This document shows positions 8,788 to 18,436 of a stretch of 64,000 nucleotides of DNA, in pieces; position 1 is the stretch's first letter; each line of letters starts with the position of its first letter. Location: contig JABDNT010000081.1 in the NCBI GenBank assembly GCA_013043685.1, positions 42,800 to 106,799 on the forward strand. The letters run 5' to 3'. Source of the DNA: Flavobacteriaceae bacterium (GTDB lineage Bacteria > Bacteroidota > Bacteroidia > Flavobacteriales > Flavobacteriaceae). Both the position numbers and the translations under genes were made by a program. Below the pieces are notes generated by a model. The model ran no database searches. It saw only the letters and a list, made by a program, of their open reading frames with translations, and was not told the DNA's origin.

Positions 8788-9219
8788 ATGAAATTCGTCC
8801 TTTATGCACTACTAGCTATTATCACTTTGAATTCTTATGCGCAAACGGAAGTTGAAGATAAGGAAGCTATTCTTCAAGTTTTGAAACAACAGGAAACCGC
8901 ATGGAATAATTATAATCTGGAAGGTTTTATGGAGGGATACTGGAAAAGTGATTCATTGAAATTCTTTGGATCTGGAGGTGTCACCCACGGCTGGACACAA
9001 ACTCTGGAGCGATACAAGAAAGGATACCCGGATAAATCGTATTCGGGCACCTTAAATTTTAAGATCGAGCAGATTTCTCCTATAGAAAACAACAGCTATT
9101 ATGTTATGGGGCGTTATTTCCTTACTCGGGAAGCAGGTGATGCAGAGGGAATTTTTATGATTATCTTCAAGAACATCGATGGCGATTGGAAGATCATTTC
9201 CGACACTTCTTGTGGGTAG
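8788..9219 (+). CDS. SnoaL-like / DUF4440 (NTF2 fold) secreted protein
   Basis: Signal peptide plus an NTF2-like pattern (EAILQVLKQQETAWNNYNLEGFMEGYW...GDWKII). Confidence 0.6.
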   Translation: MKFVLYALLAIITLNSYAQTEVEDKEAILQVLKQQETAWNNYNLEGFMEGYWKSDSLKFFGSGGVTHGWTQTLERYKKGYPDKSYSGTLNFKIEQISPIENNSYYVMGRYFLTREAGDAEGIFMIIFKNIDGDWKIISDTSCG

Positions 9220-9326
9220 TGGCCGGAAGTCAGGAGTCCGAAGTCGGAAGTCAGAGGTTGGAAGTTGTGATGTATATCGAGAACAGGTACATATAATTTG
9301 TTCAATTGTAACCTGAGGGTTGTGAA

Positions 9327-9686
9327 TTAAAGGTTTCGAAGTTCTTCCTTTAGTTTTTTGGTAAGCCCGTCTACCACCAATTCATAAGAATGGTCGATTA
9401 GTTCGTAAATGAGATCCCGAGGCACATTACTTTCTATTTCCACCGTATTCCAAAGCACCTTACTCATGTGGTAGGCACCATATATGAGCCCGTCGTACTC
9501 TTCTCTCAATCGAACAGAACGTTCCGGATCGCATTTCAGGTTTACCTGTTTTGGTATACGCTCAAGCCCGGTTAAGGCGAACATTTTGCCCATCACTTTA
9601 AAGACCAGGGTGTGTTCATCGAATGGAAAGGACTCTGTAACTCCTTTTTTCGACAGGCAATAGTCACGAAATTCTTCAATATTCAT
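9327..9686 (-). CDS. MmcQ/YjbR family DNA-binding protein
   Basis: Trimmed to MNIEEFRDYCLSKKGVTESFPFDEHTLVFKVMGKMFA. The extended start would overlap the upstream gene. Confidence 0.75.
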   Translation of the reverse strand: MNIEEFRDYCLSKKGVTESFPFDEHTLVFKVMGKMFALTGLERIPKQVNLKCDPERSVRLREEYDGLIYGAYHMSKVLWNTVEIESNVPRDLIYELIDHSYELVVDGLTKKLKEELRNL

Positions 9687-9687
9687 G

Positions 9688-10617
9688 CTACTTGATCTTA
9701 TAGGCGATTGCCGGTTCATCGTTGAAATAAATCAGCAGGTTTCGCTGCCCCAATTCAAAAGGAATCGCGAAATGCAATAGTCCGTTATCATCCGATGTTG
9801 CAACTTCAACTTTTTCGTTTCCGAAGGAATAAGAAACTGCAACCGAGGTATCCCAGCGAATCCCGAATTCTATCTGTCCCAGGCTGGTTTCAGGATCGAT
9901 AATGCCCGTTAACGGCATTTCAATATCATCCTGTGTCATCTCTTCAATGATAATCAATGGCCATTTGGCATATACGTCCCTTGGGACCATGGATCCCAGG
10001 AATGTATCTTCCTGAAGTTCTGGATAATGCGTTTTAATAAATAATTCGGGAGGAGTTTTATAATAGAAATAGCTGGGCTCCCTGATAAATTTACCCTGGT
10101 ATTTGCCTGCGCCCCAGGTAGGATCGAACAAATATCCCTGCCCATCGATCACCGCCACATTCCACATATGTATTTTTTCAAAGGGCCGGCCAATATCGTT
10201 AAAATGAGTTTTAATGTCTCCACGTACCAAATAGTTACTGATTCCCTGCATATTGCAGAGTTTTTCAAATAACATGGCGTATCCTTCGCAAACGGCTATG
10301 CCTTTGCTTAGTGTTCGGTTAATGGTCTGCTCCCGCACCTTTTCTTCTTTACTGTTACGCTCCCTGTAATTTTTGAAATTGTAATTGAACTTCTTGTATT
10401 CATCCGGGTCATAGGCCACATTTCTGATGATCCAGCTGTAAATACCTCGAACTTTTTCCTCATCGGTACTGAAATCCCTGCTTATCATGGCGGCGAGATC
10501 TTCAATATTTTCGAAAGTTTCAGGATATAACTCGATAGTTGCATCAACCCGCACATAATCCTGGCCAAAGACCATAGGAAAGGTTAGTAAACAAAGGATC
10601 AGGCTAAGATTCTTCAT
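9688..10617 (-). CDS. Transglutaminase-like cysteine peptidase domain protein
   Basis: Core motif GIAVCEGYAMLFEKLC and downstream HMWN...DPTWG. Confidence 0.75.
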   Translation of the reverse strand: MKNLSLILCLLTFPMVFGQDYVRVDATIELYPETFENIEDLAAMISRDFSTDEEKVRGIYSWIIRNVAYDPDEYKKFNYNFKNYRERNSKEEKVREQTINRTLSKGIAVCEGYAMLFEKLCNMQGISNYLVRGDIKTHFNDIGRPFEKIHMWNVAVIDGQGYLFDPTWGAGKYQGKFIREPSYFYYKTPPELFIKTHYPELQEDTFLGSMVPRDVYAKWPLIIIEEMTQDDIEMPLTGIIDPETSLGQIEFGIRWDTSVAVSYSFGNEKVEVATSDDNGLLHFAIPFELGQRNLLIYFNDEPAIAYKIK

Positions 10618-11233
10618 CGGTTTCTGAAAGTGATTTAGGGTCTTTCTCGTCCAATAATAAGTCAGAATAATCTAATTTCCAATTAATTGTCTCCACAAGT
10701 TTCTCGATTAGCTCGACAGTTTCCAAGGCGTGTTTCGACGCTTCTTCCAATAATCCGCTTCCTGGAACTTTCTCAACGATATGATTTTTAGCTTCTTTAT
10801 TGATCTCGGTCAGATCTGAAGCCGTAAATGGATTCGCCCATCCATTCTTCTTGTCGTAATATTTAAAATCAGTTTCTACGGTCATTAGTTTTGGCTTAGG
10901 AAAATTGCTAAGCCTTACTGTCCTTGTTGGTACATCTGCATCCATTTTCAACTGACTGAGATCGAATCCCACATAAGCCTTCGCTTCTATAACAACAAGT
11001 GCCTTTTTCTTTCCTAACAATAAATTAACCCACTTGCTTTTTAAATTTTCATAGTGATAGATCTCAGAAAAATCTCCTTCGACGGTAATGAGTTTGCAAA
11101 CTGTCCGAATGCGTTCCATGAGTACGATAGACTGAGCATGAGACTTTCGTTTTCTTCGGCTGGTGTTGAACCGCACAAAAACGAAATAAGCTACAATGGC
11201 CCCAACGGCTAATCCTAAAAAGAGAAGTTCCAT
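10604..11233 (-). CDS. DUF4230-like membrane-anchored protein
   Basis: N-terminal TM helix and a pattern typical of the DUF4230 family. Recognised by eye only. Confidence 0.5.
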   Translation of the reverse strand: MELLFLGLAVGAIVAYFVFVRFNTSRRKRKSHAQSIVLMERIRTVCKLITVEGDFSEIYHYENLKSKWVNLLLGKKKALVVIEAKAYVGFDLSQLKMDADVPTRTVRLSNFPKPKLMTVETDFKYYDKKNGWANPFTASDLTEINKEAKNHIVEKVPGSGLLEEASKHALETVELIEKLVETINWKLDYSDLLLDEKDPKSLSETDEES

Positions 11234-11291
11234 ATTTATCTGTTCTTTTTCACTTCAGCTTGAGTTAACTTTTTTAATTTAAGGAGTCCGA

Positions 11292-12047
11292 TCATAAATA
11301 CGTAATTTTATAAAGTAAAGGCCGGCTGGGTGTTGCATCGTTCACGAAGGGCGCGGTCTGCAGATTGAGCAGATATGTACCGTCACTTATGCGGTTAGAG
11401 ACATAGACGAACTCTGTTATCGTTGCCTTTAAACGAGGATCTTCAGGATAATTCCAAAAAGCCTTATGTGCTTTTAACTTCCCGGCATCTTTCTCTTTAT
11501 CTACCGATGGTAAATCAACAAGCAAATGTTCAACACCAATTTCACGAATGAATTTCGCAGCACTTTCTTCCAGGTAGGGCCAGTTTGTATGCGAGTATTT
11601 TCGGGATTTTTTTGAAGTAGTATTAGGCAGCGTTCTTATCACCAGGGCTTCGGAAGAGTTCCCTTTCAATATTCCCTTTAATTGCTTTCGAGAAATCACC
11701 ATATCACCATTCTTAAGTTCAGGTGCAACTGATATGACCGTAGCGATATAAAAATAATTCTTCAATGACTTCTGGACAGAGTGGAATTCTTCTGTAATGT
11801 GCCCAAGACATTCGGTATGGGTACCATGGGCATGTGGGTTAAACCTGATATTATTAAAATTTATCGCAGCTCCTTTGGAAACACTACCGGTCCAGTCTTC
11901 GTTAGTCACCGGTTCTATAACCGGTTTATCAAGATACCAGGCGATAGGATTTCTTGAAGTTCCGTCCAAAGGGATGGAAATATCCAACGGTTTGGACAAA
12001 TCCACGTTATAAGTAATGTTATTATGCTGAAGCGATGCGATCATCAT
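11292..12047 (-). CDS. Cyclase family protein (kynurenine formamidase-like)
   Basis: Metal-binding motif HAHGTHTECLGH. Confidence 0.65.
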   Translation of the reverse strand: MMIASLQHNNITYNVDLSKPLDISIPLDGTSRNPIAWYLDKPVIEPVTNEDWTGSVSKGAAINFNNIRFNPHAHGTHTECLGHITEEFHSVQKSLKNYFYIATVISVAPELKNGDMVISRKQLKGILKGNSSEALVIRTLPNTTSKKSRKYSHTNWPYLEESAAKFIREIGVEHLLVDLPSVDKEKDAGKLKAHKAFWNYPEDPRLKATITEFVYVSNRISDGTYLLNLQTAPFVNDATPSRPLLYKITYL

Positions 12048-12088
12048 TGATTGTAATTACGTACTTTTTTCAGGTTTTATTGTGATGT

Positions 12089-13222
12089 TCAGAAATCTAA
12101 ATTTACTAAGAATAAGTCAGCTGCAATTCCATCACTCAGAAATTTTCCCTTTTTTGATACGCCAATAGTATCCTGATCTCTGAACAAAAGATGATTGCTC
12201 ATATGGATCTCGGCCTGTTGCAAAAGATATTCTCTGTACTTAAACCCAAATAATGCTTCTACTTCAGTAACAGAAATCCCACCGGCTGTCCTAAGGCGCG
12301 TCATCACGTATTCGTTATACTTATCCTTAACTGTTAGTTTTTCCCGTTCGTAAGGCAGCTCTCCCGCCATAATACTATTTATATACTTACTGTTATTCGC
12401 AACATTCCAGCTTCGGTAGTTCCCATCGTAACTGTGAGCAGACGGACCAATACCCAGGTACGACTTACCATGCCAGTATGCCATATTGTTCCGTGAGAAG
12501 TATCCTGGTTTTCCAAAGTTGGAGAACTCATAATTCTCATATCCACTTTGTTCGGTTTTCTCCAATAATATTGTGTGATGCCTTTGTGCTGCATTATCAT
12601 CAACCGGAGGAACAACACCCTTGTCAATAAATGCTTTTAGCGCAGTTTTCGGTTCTACGGTAAGCGCATAGCAGCTAAGATGAGGCACTTCCAGGTCTAA
12701 TGCCTGGTCCAAATTCTCAAGCCATCGTTCTTCACTCATACCAGGTATACCATAAATGAGATCTATACTGAAATTATCAAAATGTCCCTTTGCTGCCGAA
12801 ATACTTTCCAATGCCTCACGGGCATTGTGAGCCCGGTTCATAAGTTTAAGATCTTCTTCGAAAAAAGATTGAATTCCTATACTAAGTCTATTCACGGGTG
12901 ATTGAGCGAGTTCCCTTACTTTTTCGACAGACAGGTCATCCGGATTTGCTTCGAGCGTGATTTCGGGATTCGCACTTATTTTAAAGTTATTTTTAAGTGT
13001 ATTGAAGATTTGGTTTAACTCTTCGGAAGTGAGTAAACTGGGCGTGCCACCTCCGAAGTATATCGTCTGAATCTCATCTTCTTGATCTTCTCTCCGAAGG
13101 ACCAGCTCACGGCATAATGCATCCACCATGAACTCACGTTTCTTTAGCGAAGTTGAAAAATGAAAATCGCAATAATGGCAAGCCTGTTTGCAAAACGGTA
13201 TATGGATATAAATTCCGGACAT
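12089..13222 (-). CDS. hemW: Radical SAM family haem chaperone HemW (HemN-like)
   Basis: IYIHIPFCKQACHYCDF radical-SAM CxxxCxxC motif. 377 aa. Confidence 0.9.
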   Translation of the reverse strand: MSGIYIHIPFCKQACHYCDFHFSTSLKKREFMVDALCRELVLRREDQEDEIQTIYFGGGTPSLLTSEELNQIFNTLKNNFKISANPEITLEANPDDLSVEKVRELAQSPVNRLSIGIQSFFEEDLKLMNRAHNAREALESISAAKGHFDNFSIDLIYGIPGMSEERWLENLDQALDLEVPHLSCYALTVEPKTALKAFIDKGVVPPVDDNAAQRHHTILLEKTEQSGYENYEFSNFGKPGYFSRNNMAYWHGKSYLGIGPSAHSYDGNYRSWNVANNSKYINSIMAGELPYEREKLTVKDKYNEYVMTRLRTAGGISVTEVEALFGFKYREYLLQQAEIHMSNHLLFRDQDTIGVSKKGKFLSDGIAADLFLVNLDF

Positions 13223-13966
13223 TTACATCTGTTTCAGATAAATAATGCAAAAAGAAATGGCGAAGCCGATCATGCCGTATGAAATGAATCCAACCACAAA
13301 AATAAAGAGCGATTTAATAAGTACGATGATCTTTCCTTTTTGGAAGAAGGAAACCAAGGCATAGCAGAAATAAACCAGCATGGCCAGCATGGCAAGAAAC
13401 TGGAAATTCGGATTTACATAGTGTATGTAAAACATATTCAGGGTGGTTAGCACTGTATAGATTCCTATAAGATAGAAGGAGATAGCGATAAATTCGGCAA
13501 GACTTCGTTTCTTATAAAAGAACAACTTAAGCAACAGGCCCATTGTAAACACAAAAACAAAAAGAAGTTTGTCTATATTCAACAGCATGAAGTTCCGAGC
13601 CTGGGTTAATAACTGACTTTGTGTGTTGTCGTCTACCTGAATGGTGGTATTTCCAAAGGGGTCGTAATTAATAACCGCCCTGGTCACGAGGTAAATAACG
13701 GTCATTAAAATGAAGAATGCCACCGGTTTGTAATATCGCTTACGCTTACCCTCGAGATATTCACGTAATAATTTACCAGGATCTTTGACGAGCAATCGGA
13801 GTGTATTGAACAAGGGAGCATTTACCGAGAACACAAAATCCCAGAAATCCTGGAAAGTCTCTTTAAAGGTAACTTTATGGACGGAAGTTCGTTGCCCGCA
13901 TGCCGAACAGTACTTTCCGCGGACCGGGGTATCACAGTTGTGGCAATATGTGTTTGAATCGCTCAA
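13223..13966 (-). CDS. DUF3667 domain membrane protein (N-terminal zinc ribbon)
   Basis: CHNCDTPVRGKYCSACGQR followed by several TM helices. Confidence 0.7.
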   Translation of the reverse strand: MSDSNTYCHNCDTPVRGKYCSACGQRTSVHKVTFKETFQDFWDFVFSVNAPLFNTLRLLVKDPGKLLREYLEGKRKRYYKPVAFFILMTVIYLVTRAVINYDPFGNTTIQVDDNTQSQLLTQARNFMLLNIDKLLFVFVFTMGLLLKLFFYKKRSLAEFIAISFYLIGIYTVLTTLNMFYIHYVNPNFQFLAMLAMLVYFCYALVSFFQKGKIIVLIKSLFIFVVGFISYGMIGFAISFCIIYLKQM

Positions 13967-13968
13967 AA

Positions 13969-14532
13969 TTAATCAACCCTGTCTTCGTTTTGCTTGACAA
14001 AAGCAGACCACCCCGTGTAGCTTTTGCCCACATCAACTCTTCCGGCGTTATAGAAATGACACACTGCAGCGGCCAGTCCATCGGTGCTGTCCAGGTTTTT
14101 GGGAAGTTCCTTCAGTTCGAGTAGGCTCTGTAACATTTTAGCAACCTGTTCTTTGCTGGCATTACCATTACCTGTGATCGCCATCTTGATCTTTTTGGGA
14201 GAATACTCCGTAATGGGAACCTGGCGGGAAAGACCGGCAGCCATGGCAACACCCTGAGCACGGCCAAGCTTTAACATCGACTGAACATTCTTACCAAAGA
14301 AGGGAGCTTCAATAGCAATCTCATCGGGATGAAAGCTGTCTATAAGTTCCACGGTGCGCTCGAAAATATGTTTCAACCGAACATAGTGATCATCGTATTT
14401 AGACAGCTTAAGTTCATTTAATTGAAGGAATTGCATTTTTTTACTAACCACTTTTATTAGACCGAAACCCATAATGGTGGTTCCAGGATCAATTCCAAGA
14501 ATAATTTTTTCCGAATTCACTACATTAGCCAT
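13969..14532 (-). CDS. ruvC: Crossover junction endodeoxyribonuclease RuvC
   Basis: ILGIDPGTTIMGFGLI N-terminus and DAAAVC-like C-terminal motif (DGLAAAVCH). Confidence 0.92.
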   Translation of the reverse strand: MANVVNSEKIILGIDPGTTIMGFGLIKVVSKKMQFLQLNELKLSKYDDHYVRLKHIFERTVELIDSFHPDEIAIEAPFFGKNVQSMLKLGRAQGVAMAAGLSRQVPITEYSPKKIKMAITGNGNASKEQVAKMLQSLLELKELPKNLDSTDGLAAAVCHFYNAGRVDVGKSYTGWSAFVKQNEDRVD

Positions 14533-14534
14533 AG

Positions 14535-15482
14535 ATGTCTCACCTTTCCAACAAAGCTAAGCATTATGGGTTGATTGCCCTAAAAGTTTTAATACTTGCC
14601 GCGACTTTTTGGTTCATTTACAGCCGACTATCATCCCTTGAGAATACCGCCTGGGATACGTTTAGAACAGCGTTATCCGGATTAAATCTGTTCTACATTT
14701 TATTCTTTCTGCTTCTTGCAGTATTGAACTGGCTGCTGGAAATCAGAAAATGGCAAATGTTGGTAACTAAGATTGAAAAGATCAGGCTTCAAGATGCTGT
14801 TAAGCAGTGTTTATCCGCATTAAGTGCGGGACTCTGGACCCCGAATCGAATAGGTGAATACGGCATAAAACCCTTGTATTTTCCCAAGCAACAACGCAAA
14901 AAAATCATGGCTCTGAACCTATTGTCGAACCTTTCCCAAATGCTAGCAACAATCTTATTCGGCCTTCCCGGTTTATTGTATTTCTTATATCGTTACAATA
15001 TCGAAGTTCCGGCCTGGAAGCCTCTTTCGCTATTGTTCCTGATCGCCGCCATGCTTATGGCGGGATATTATTTCAGAAAGAGACAATTACTTATACAAGG
15101 ACTCAGCCTTGAGAACCTTGTTGGTTTCACCCGAAGGATTTCGTTGAGAATACGATGGCAAGTGATCTTACTATCGGTCACGCGGTATGTGGTGTTTGCC
15201 AGTTCGTTTTACTTTCTATTAAGGTTCTTCGGAACTGATATTGAGTTCCTGAATGCAGCTCCGCTTATTACATCCATGTACCTGATCGCATCTGTGTTGC
15301 CGTCCTTTTTCTTTTCTGAAGTTGCCATAAAAGGCGGGGTGGCCCTCTGGATCTTTTCTGTTGCGGGCTATGATGAGATCCCTGTTCTGTGTACGGCGAT
15401 GGCCATGTGGATATTGAATTTTGTGTTGCCAGCCATCATTGGAGCATTCTTTGTTGGAAAATTTAAACTTGTCTCACAATGA
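14535..15482 (+). CDS. Flippase-like (lysylphosphatidylglycerol-synthase TM region / UPF0104) membrane protein
   Basis: About 8 TM helices. Overlaps the downstream GT2 gene by 4 nt. Confidence 0.6.
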   Translation: MSHLSNKAKHYGLIALKVLILAATFWFIYSRLSSLENTAWDTFRTALSGLNLFYILFFLLLAVLNWLLEIRKWQMLVTKIEKIRLQDAVKQCLSALSAGLWTPNRIGEYGIKPLYFPKQQRKKIMALNLLSNLSQMLATILFGLPGLLYFLYRYNIEVPAWKPLSLLFLIAAMLMAGYYFRKRQLLIQGLSLENLVGFTRRISLRIRWQVILLSVTRYVVFASSFYFLLRFFGTDIEFLNAAPLITSMYLIASVLPSFFFSEVAIKGGVALWIFSVAGYDEIPVLCTAMAMWILNFVLPAIIGAFFVGKFKLVSQ

Positions 15483-16615
15483 TCGTGGTGCATATATTAG
15501 CCATAGCGACCCTGATTTATTTCCTTGCCATTTTCTACCTCACTTATGGTGTTTATAAGCTAAGGCGCTTCAAACAAATGGCTGATACCACGGTTAACCA
15601 ATTTAGCATTGTTATCCCTTTTCGGAATGAGGCAGATCGCATCATTCCTTTATTGATTTCACTAAATGAACTTGAATATCCAAGGGACAAATTTGAAGTC
15701 ATACTGGTAGACGACGATTCTACCGATAGTTCTGTTATGGTCATTGAGGAGCATCTTCAAAACAGTACTTTGGACTGGAAAATCAAGCCTAACAAACGTA
15801 AAACCGCCTCCCCCAAAAAAGATGCTATTACCACTGCCATCACTTCTTCCCGAAACGACTGGATTGTAACTACCGATGCCGATTGTATAATTCCAAATCA
15901 ATGGTTGAAAAGGATCGATTCATTTATTCAAAAGCAAGACCCGGTAATGGTCTGCGGCCCGGTATCGTTTCAGGCATCACGTTTATGGTCTTTAAGTTCG
16001 CAATACCAGATTGTGGAAGGGATCGCACTTCAGGGTGTATCGATGGGAGGTTTCGGACACGAATCACCACTGCTTTGCAATGGGGCGAACCTGGCATATA
16101 AGAAAGAAATATTTCAGCAGGCAGGTGGGTATACAGGTAATTCGGAAATAGCCAGTGGGGATGACATTTTCTTGATGGAATCCTTACGTCGAAAACATCC
16201 GGAAAGAATAAGATTTATTAAGGATCGAGCAGTCATTGTTAAAACGCCGGTCATGAAGAACTGGCGTGATATTATTCAGCAGCGTATACGCTGGGGTTCT
16301 AAAACATCAAGACAACGAAACTGGACGGCAAAAGGAATTGCTATTATAATCACGGTATCCAACTTAATCCTGGGAATTGCGCTGCTTTCTTTACCCTTTA
16401 ACTGGCAGTCCAAAGATCTCATCATTCAAATAGGGTGCTCTAAAATTGTTTTGGATCTCTATTTCATGGCCCAAACACATCTTTTCCTGCGCCAAAAACT
16501 CAATTTTCTCATGATCATTGTACTCGCTGTGATTTATCCATTCATTTCCAGCTACATAGCCATCAGGAGCATTTTTGGCGGTTACACCTGGAAAGGGCGG
16601 GAATTCAGGCACTAA
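15479..16615 (+). CDS. Glycosyltransferase family 2 (membrane-anchored)
   Basis: FSIVIPFRNE, ILVDDDSTD, TDADC, QRIRWG (QxxRW-like) motifs. Confidence 0.85.
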   Translation: MIVVHILAIATLIYFLAIFYLTYGVYKLRRFKQMADTTVNQFSIVIPFRNEADRIIPLLISLNELEYPRDKFEVILVDDDSTDSSVMVIEEHLQNSTLDWKIKPNKRKTASPKKDAITTAITSSRNDWIVTTDADCIIPNQWLKRIDSFIQKQDPVMVCGPVSFQASRLWSLSSQYQIVEGIALQGVSMGGFGHESPLLCNGANLAYKKEIFQQAGGYTGNSEIASGDDIFLMESLRRKHPERIRFIKDRAVIVKTPVMKNWRDIIQQRIRWGSKTSRQRNWTAKGIAIIITVSNLILGIALLSLPFNWQSKDLIIQIGCSKIVLDLYFMAQTHLFLRQKLNFLMIIVLAVIYPFISSYIAIRSIFGGYTWKGREFRH

Positions 16616-16658
16616 TTCAATATTTTTTTTACCTTTAACCGAATCAAATCTAGCCCAT

Positions 16659-17543
16659 ATGAAACGCCTACTCCTTATTTTTGGCTTTGTCATAGCCAGT
16701 TGCGCATTTACATTCGGACAGCAGCAATATACTGTTGACGGTCAAACATATTCATTGAAAACCGAGGTAGAAGGAACCATACAGCTCCTGTGGAACACCA
16801 TTGGCGAGGACTACCGTTATTTTATTAAGAAAGGTAATGATATTGCCGAACTCAAGAATACCCGATCCGAAAATGGTTACAGTGAAGAATATAAAGATGT
16901 TTTGAAGCTGTTTACCAATGATTCCCCGGGGGATATCGATAATACAAAATTAACCCTGGCAAGCCTCAAGAAGTATTTCAGAAGTTATAATAAACGTGTA
17001 GATCCATCCTATGATGATTCTATAGAGAATATCGAGATCAAATTGCGCTTAGGGCCCTTTGCAGGGGTATCCAATGCGATCTTCACACAAAATGAAAGCA
17101 ATGCCATCTTGTTTGCAGCCGGTGCCGATCTGGAAGTTGTGGACGAAGTGAAATTGAGAAGGCATTCTGTGGTTCTCAGGTTTAAACAAACCTTCGAGAA
17201 TAGCGAATTCAGTTACAATGCGTCTCAATTCTCCCTGAATTATCGCTTCAAGTTTGTGAAGACTGAAAATGTGGACGTCTTTGTGAATGGTAAGTTCGTT
17301 GCGTATACGTACTCTACGCGTGACTTTGAAGTAACCACCATGAATAATGGAATAACCACAACCAGAATTGAATCGGCTTCAGGAGGAGATATAAATGCTC
17401 CAGCTACTTTTGGCCTGGGTACCGATGTAAAACTGGGTAAAGGACAGTTGTTTTTCACTTATAATGACATCTTCGGGTTAGGAGTGGATAGTAATGGTGA
17501 ATTTCCCCTGGATATTTCGGTAGGATATAAATTCGGTCTATAA
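16659..17543 (+). CDS. Hypothetical secreted / outer-membrane beta-rich protein
   Basis: ORF trimmed to MKRLLLIFGFVIASCAFTFGQ (signal peptide). The C-terminal residue pattern ends in ...YKFGL. Confidence 0.55.
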   Translation: MKRLLLIFGFVIASCAFTFGQQQYTVDGQTYSLKTEVEGTIQLLWNTIGEDYRYFIKKGNDIAELKNTRSENGYSEEYKDVLKLFTNDSPGDIDNTKLTLASLKKYFRSYNKRVDPSYDDSIENIEIKLRLGPFAGVSNAIFTQNESNAILFAAGADLEVVDEVKLRRHSVVLRFKQTFENSEFSYNASQFSLNYRFKFVKTENVDVFVNGKFVAYTYSTRDFEVTTMNNGITTTRIESASGGDINAPATFGLGTDVKLGKGQLFFTYNDIFGLGVDSNGEFPLDISVGYKFGL

Positions 17544-18023
17544 AGATTCCGTTTCAACCACTATAGGTAGTGAGAATTCCGTTCTAACAGGGATACCCCG
17601 TTTATAGGCGGGTGCTATTAATTTCACAGAATCAATCCTGTCCAGCAAAGCTTGCTTCATCAAAGGATATGTGCGCATTAGGGCGCTGTCGATCTGTATT
17701 TCTCTAACTTTCAATTCAGCTGTTTCAGATACATCAATTCTTAACCAGATCGTATCATGTAATTCCTGATGGAGGCCAATTGCACTGTCCCATGCCGCCT
17801 GACTTAAAGAACTTATCAACTCCCGACTAAAACAATCCCGCTGTTCATTTTTATCGGAAAACTGTTCGCATGAGGCGAATACCGGATACTGATCTACATC
17901 GTTCCAGTTGATCGTCTTCAGTTCCTCTTCATAGAACGTTTCGGTAGATATCTTTTCCGTTTCAAAAAACTGACATGAGGTTGTGATAAACAACAGGAAC
18001 AGTATGGAGAGAGGTATTTTCAT
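17538..18023 (-). CDS. Lipoprotein with a flavobacterial TonB-C-like domain
   Basis: Lipobox TTSC. DQYPVFASCE...ERDCF motif and a C-terminal RGIPVRTEFSLPIVV typical of TonB-C-like domains. Confidence 0.55.
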   Translation of the reverse strand: MKIPLSILFLLFITTSCQFFETEKISTETFYEEELKTINWNDVDQYPVFASCEQFSDKNEQRDCFSRELISSLSQAAWDSAIGLHQELHDTIWLRIDVSETAELKVREIQIDSALMRTYPLMKQALLDRIDSVKLIAPAYKRGIPVRTEFSLPIVVETESL

Positions 18024-18124
18024 TCGGTCTGAATACCCTCCGAAAGTACAAATTTTAAGGAAACTTGTTCGATAAAAAAAATCGAAAAATCCAGGTTTCG
18101 GCTTTTTTTACAATCTCCGTTGTC

Positions 18125-18436
18125 TTACTCTACTTCAAAGATAATGGGTAACGCAAATTCTACATTCACTTTCTTACCATCATGTTCGCCCGGAATCATT
18201 TTGGGGAGCAATTCCATTACCTGAATAGCCTCATCTATTTGCTCTGAATGCTGTGCTTTCGGAATGGTGTCCTGTATACTTTCCAATTTAATAAAGGGCA
18301 GTGCCAGACTTAATAAGGGAGTAAGTAACAGGTACAACCGATTCCAATTAAAAAAAGTCTCTCTTTTCAGAAACAGATCTTATATAAGAAGGAACAATAG
18401 TTGAAAAACAACGGTTTGAATTACATAATGTATCAT
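18125..18436 (-). pseudogene. Decayed blaR1-like (M56 sensor/peptidase) gene: in-frame TAA at codon 19 plus loss of the whole M56 core
   Basis: My translation from the ATG overlapping the blaI stop (ATGA) is MIHYVIQTVVFQLLFLLI*DLFLKRETFFNWNRLYLLLTPLLSLALPFIKLESIQDTIP...GKKVNVEFALPIIFEVE. The stop is the complement of 18380-18382. Only about 103 codons remain. Confidence 0.7.
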
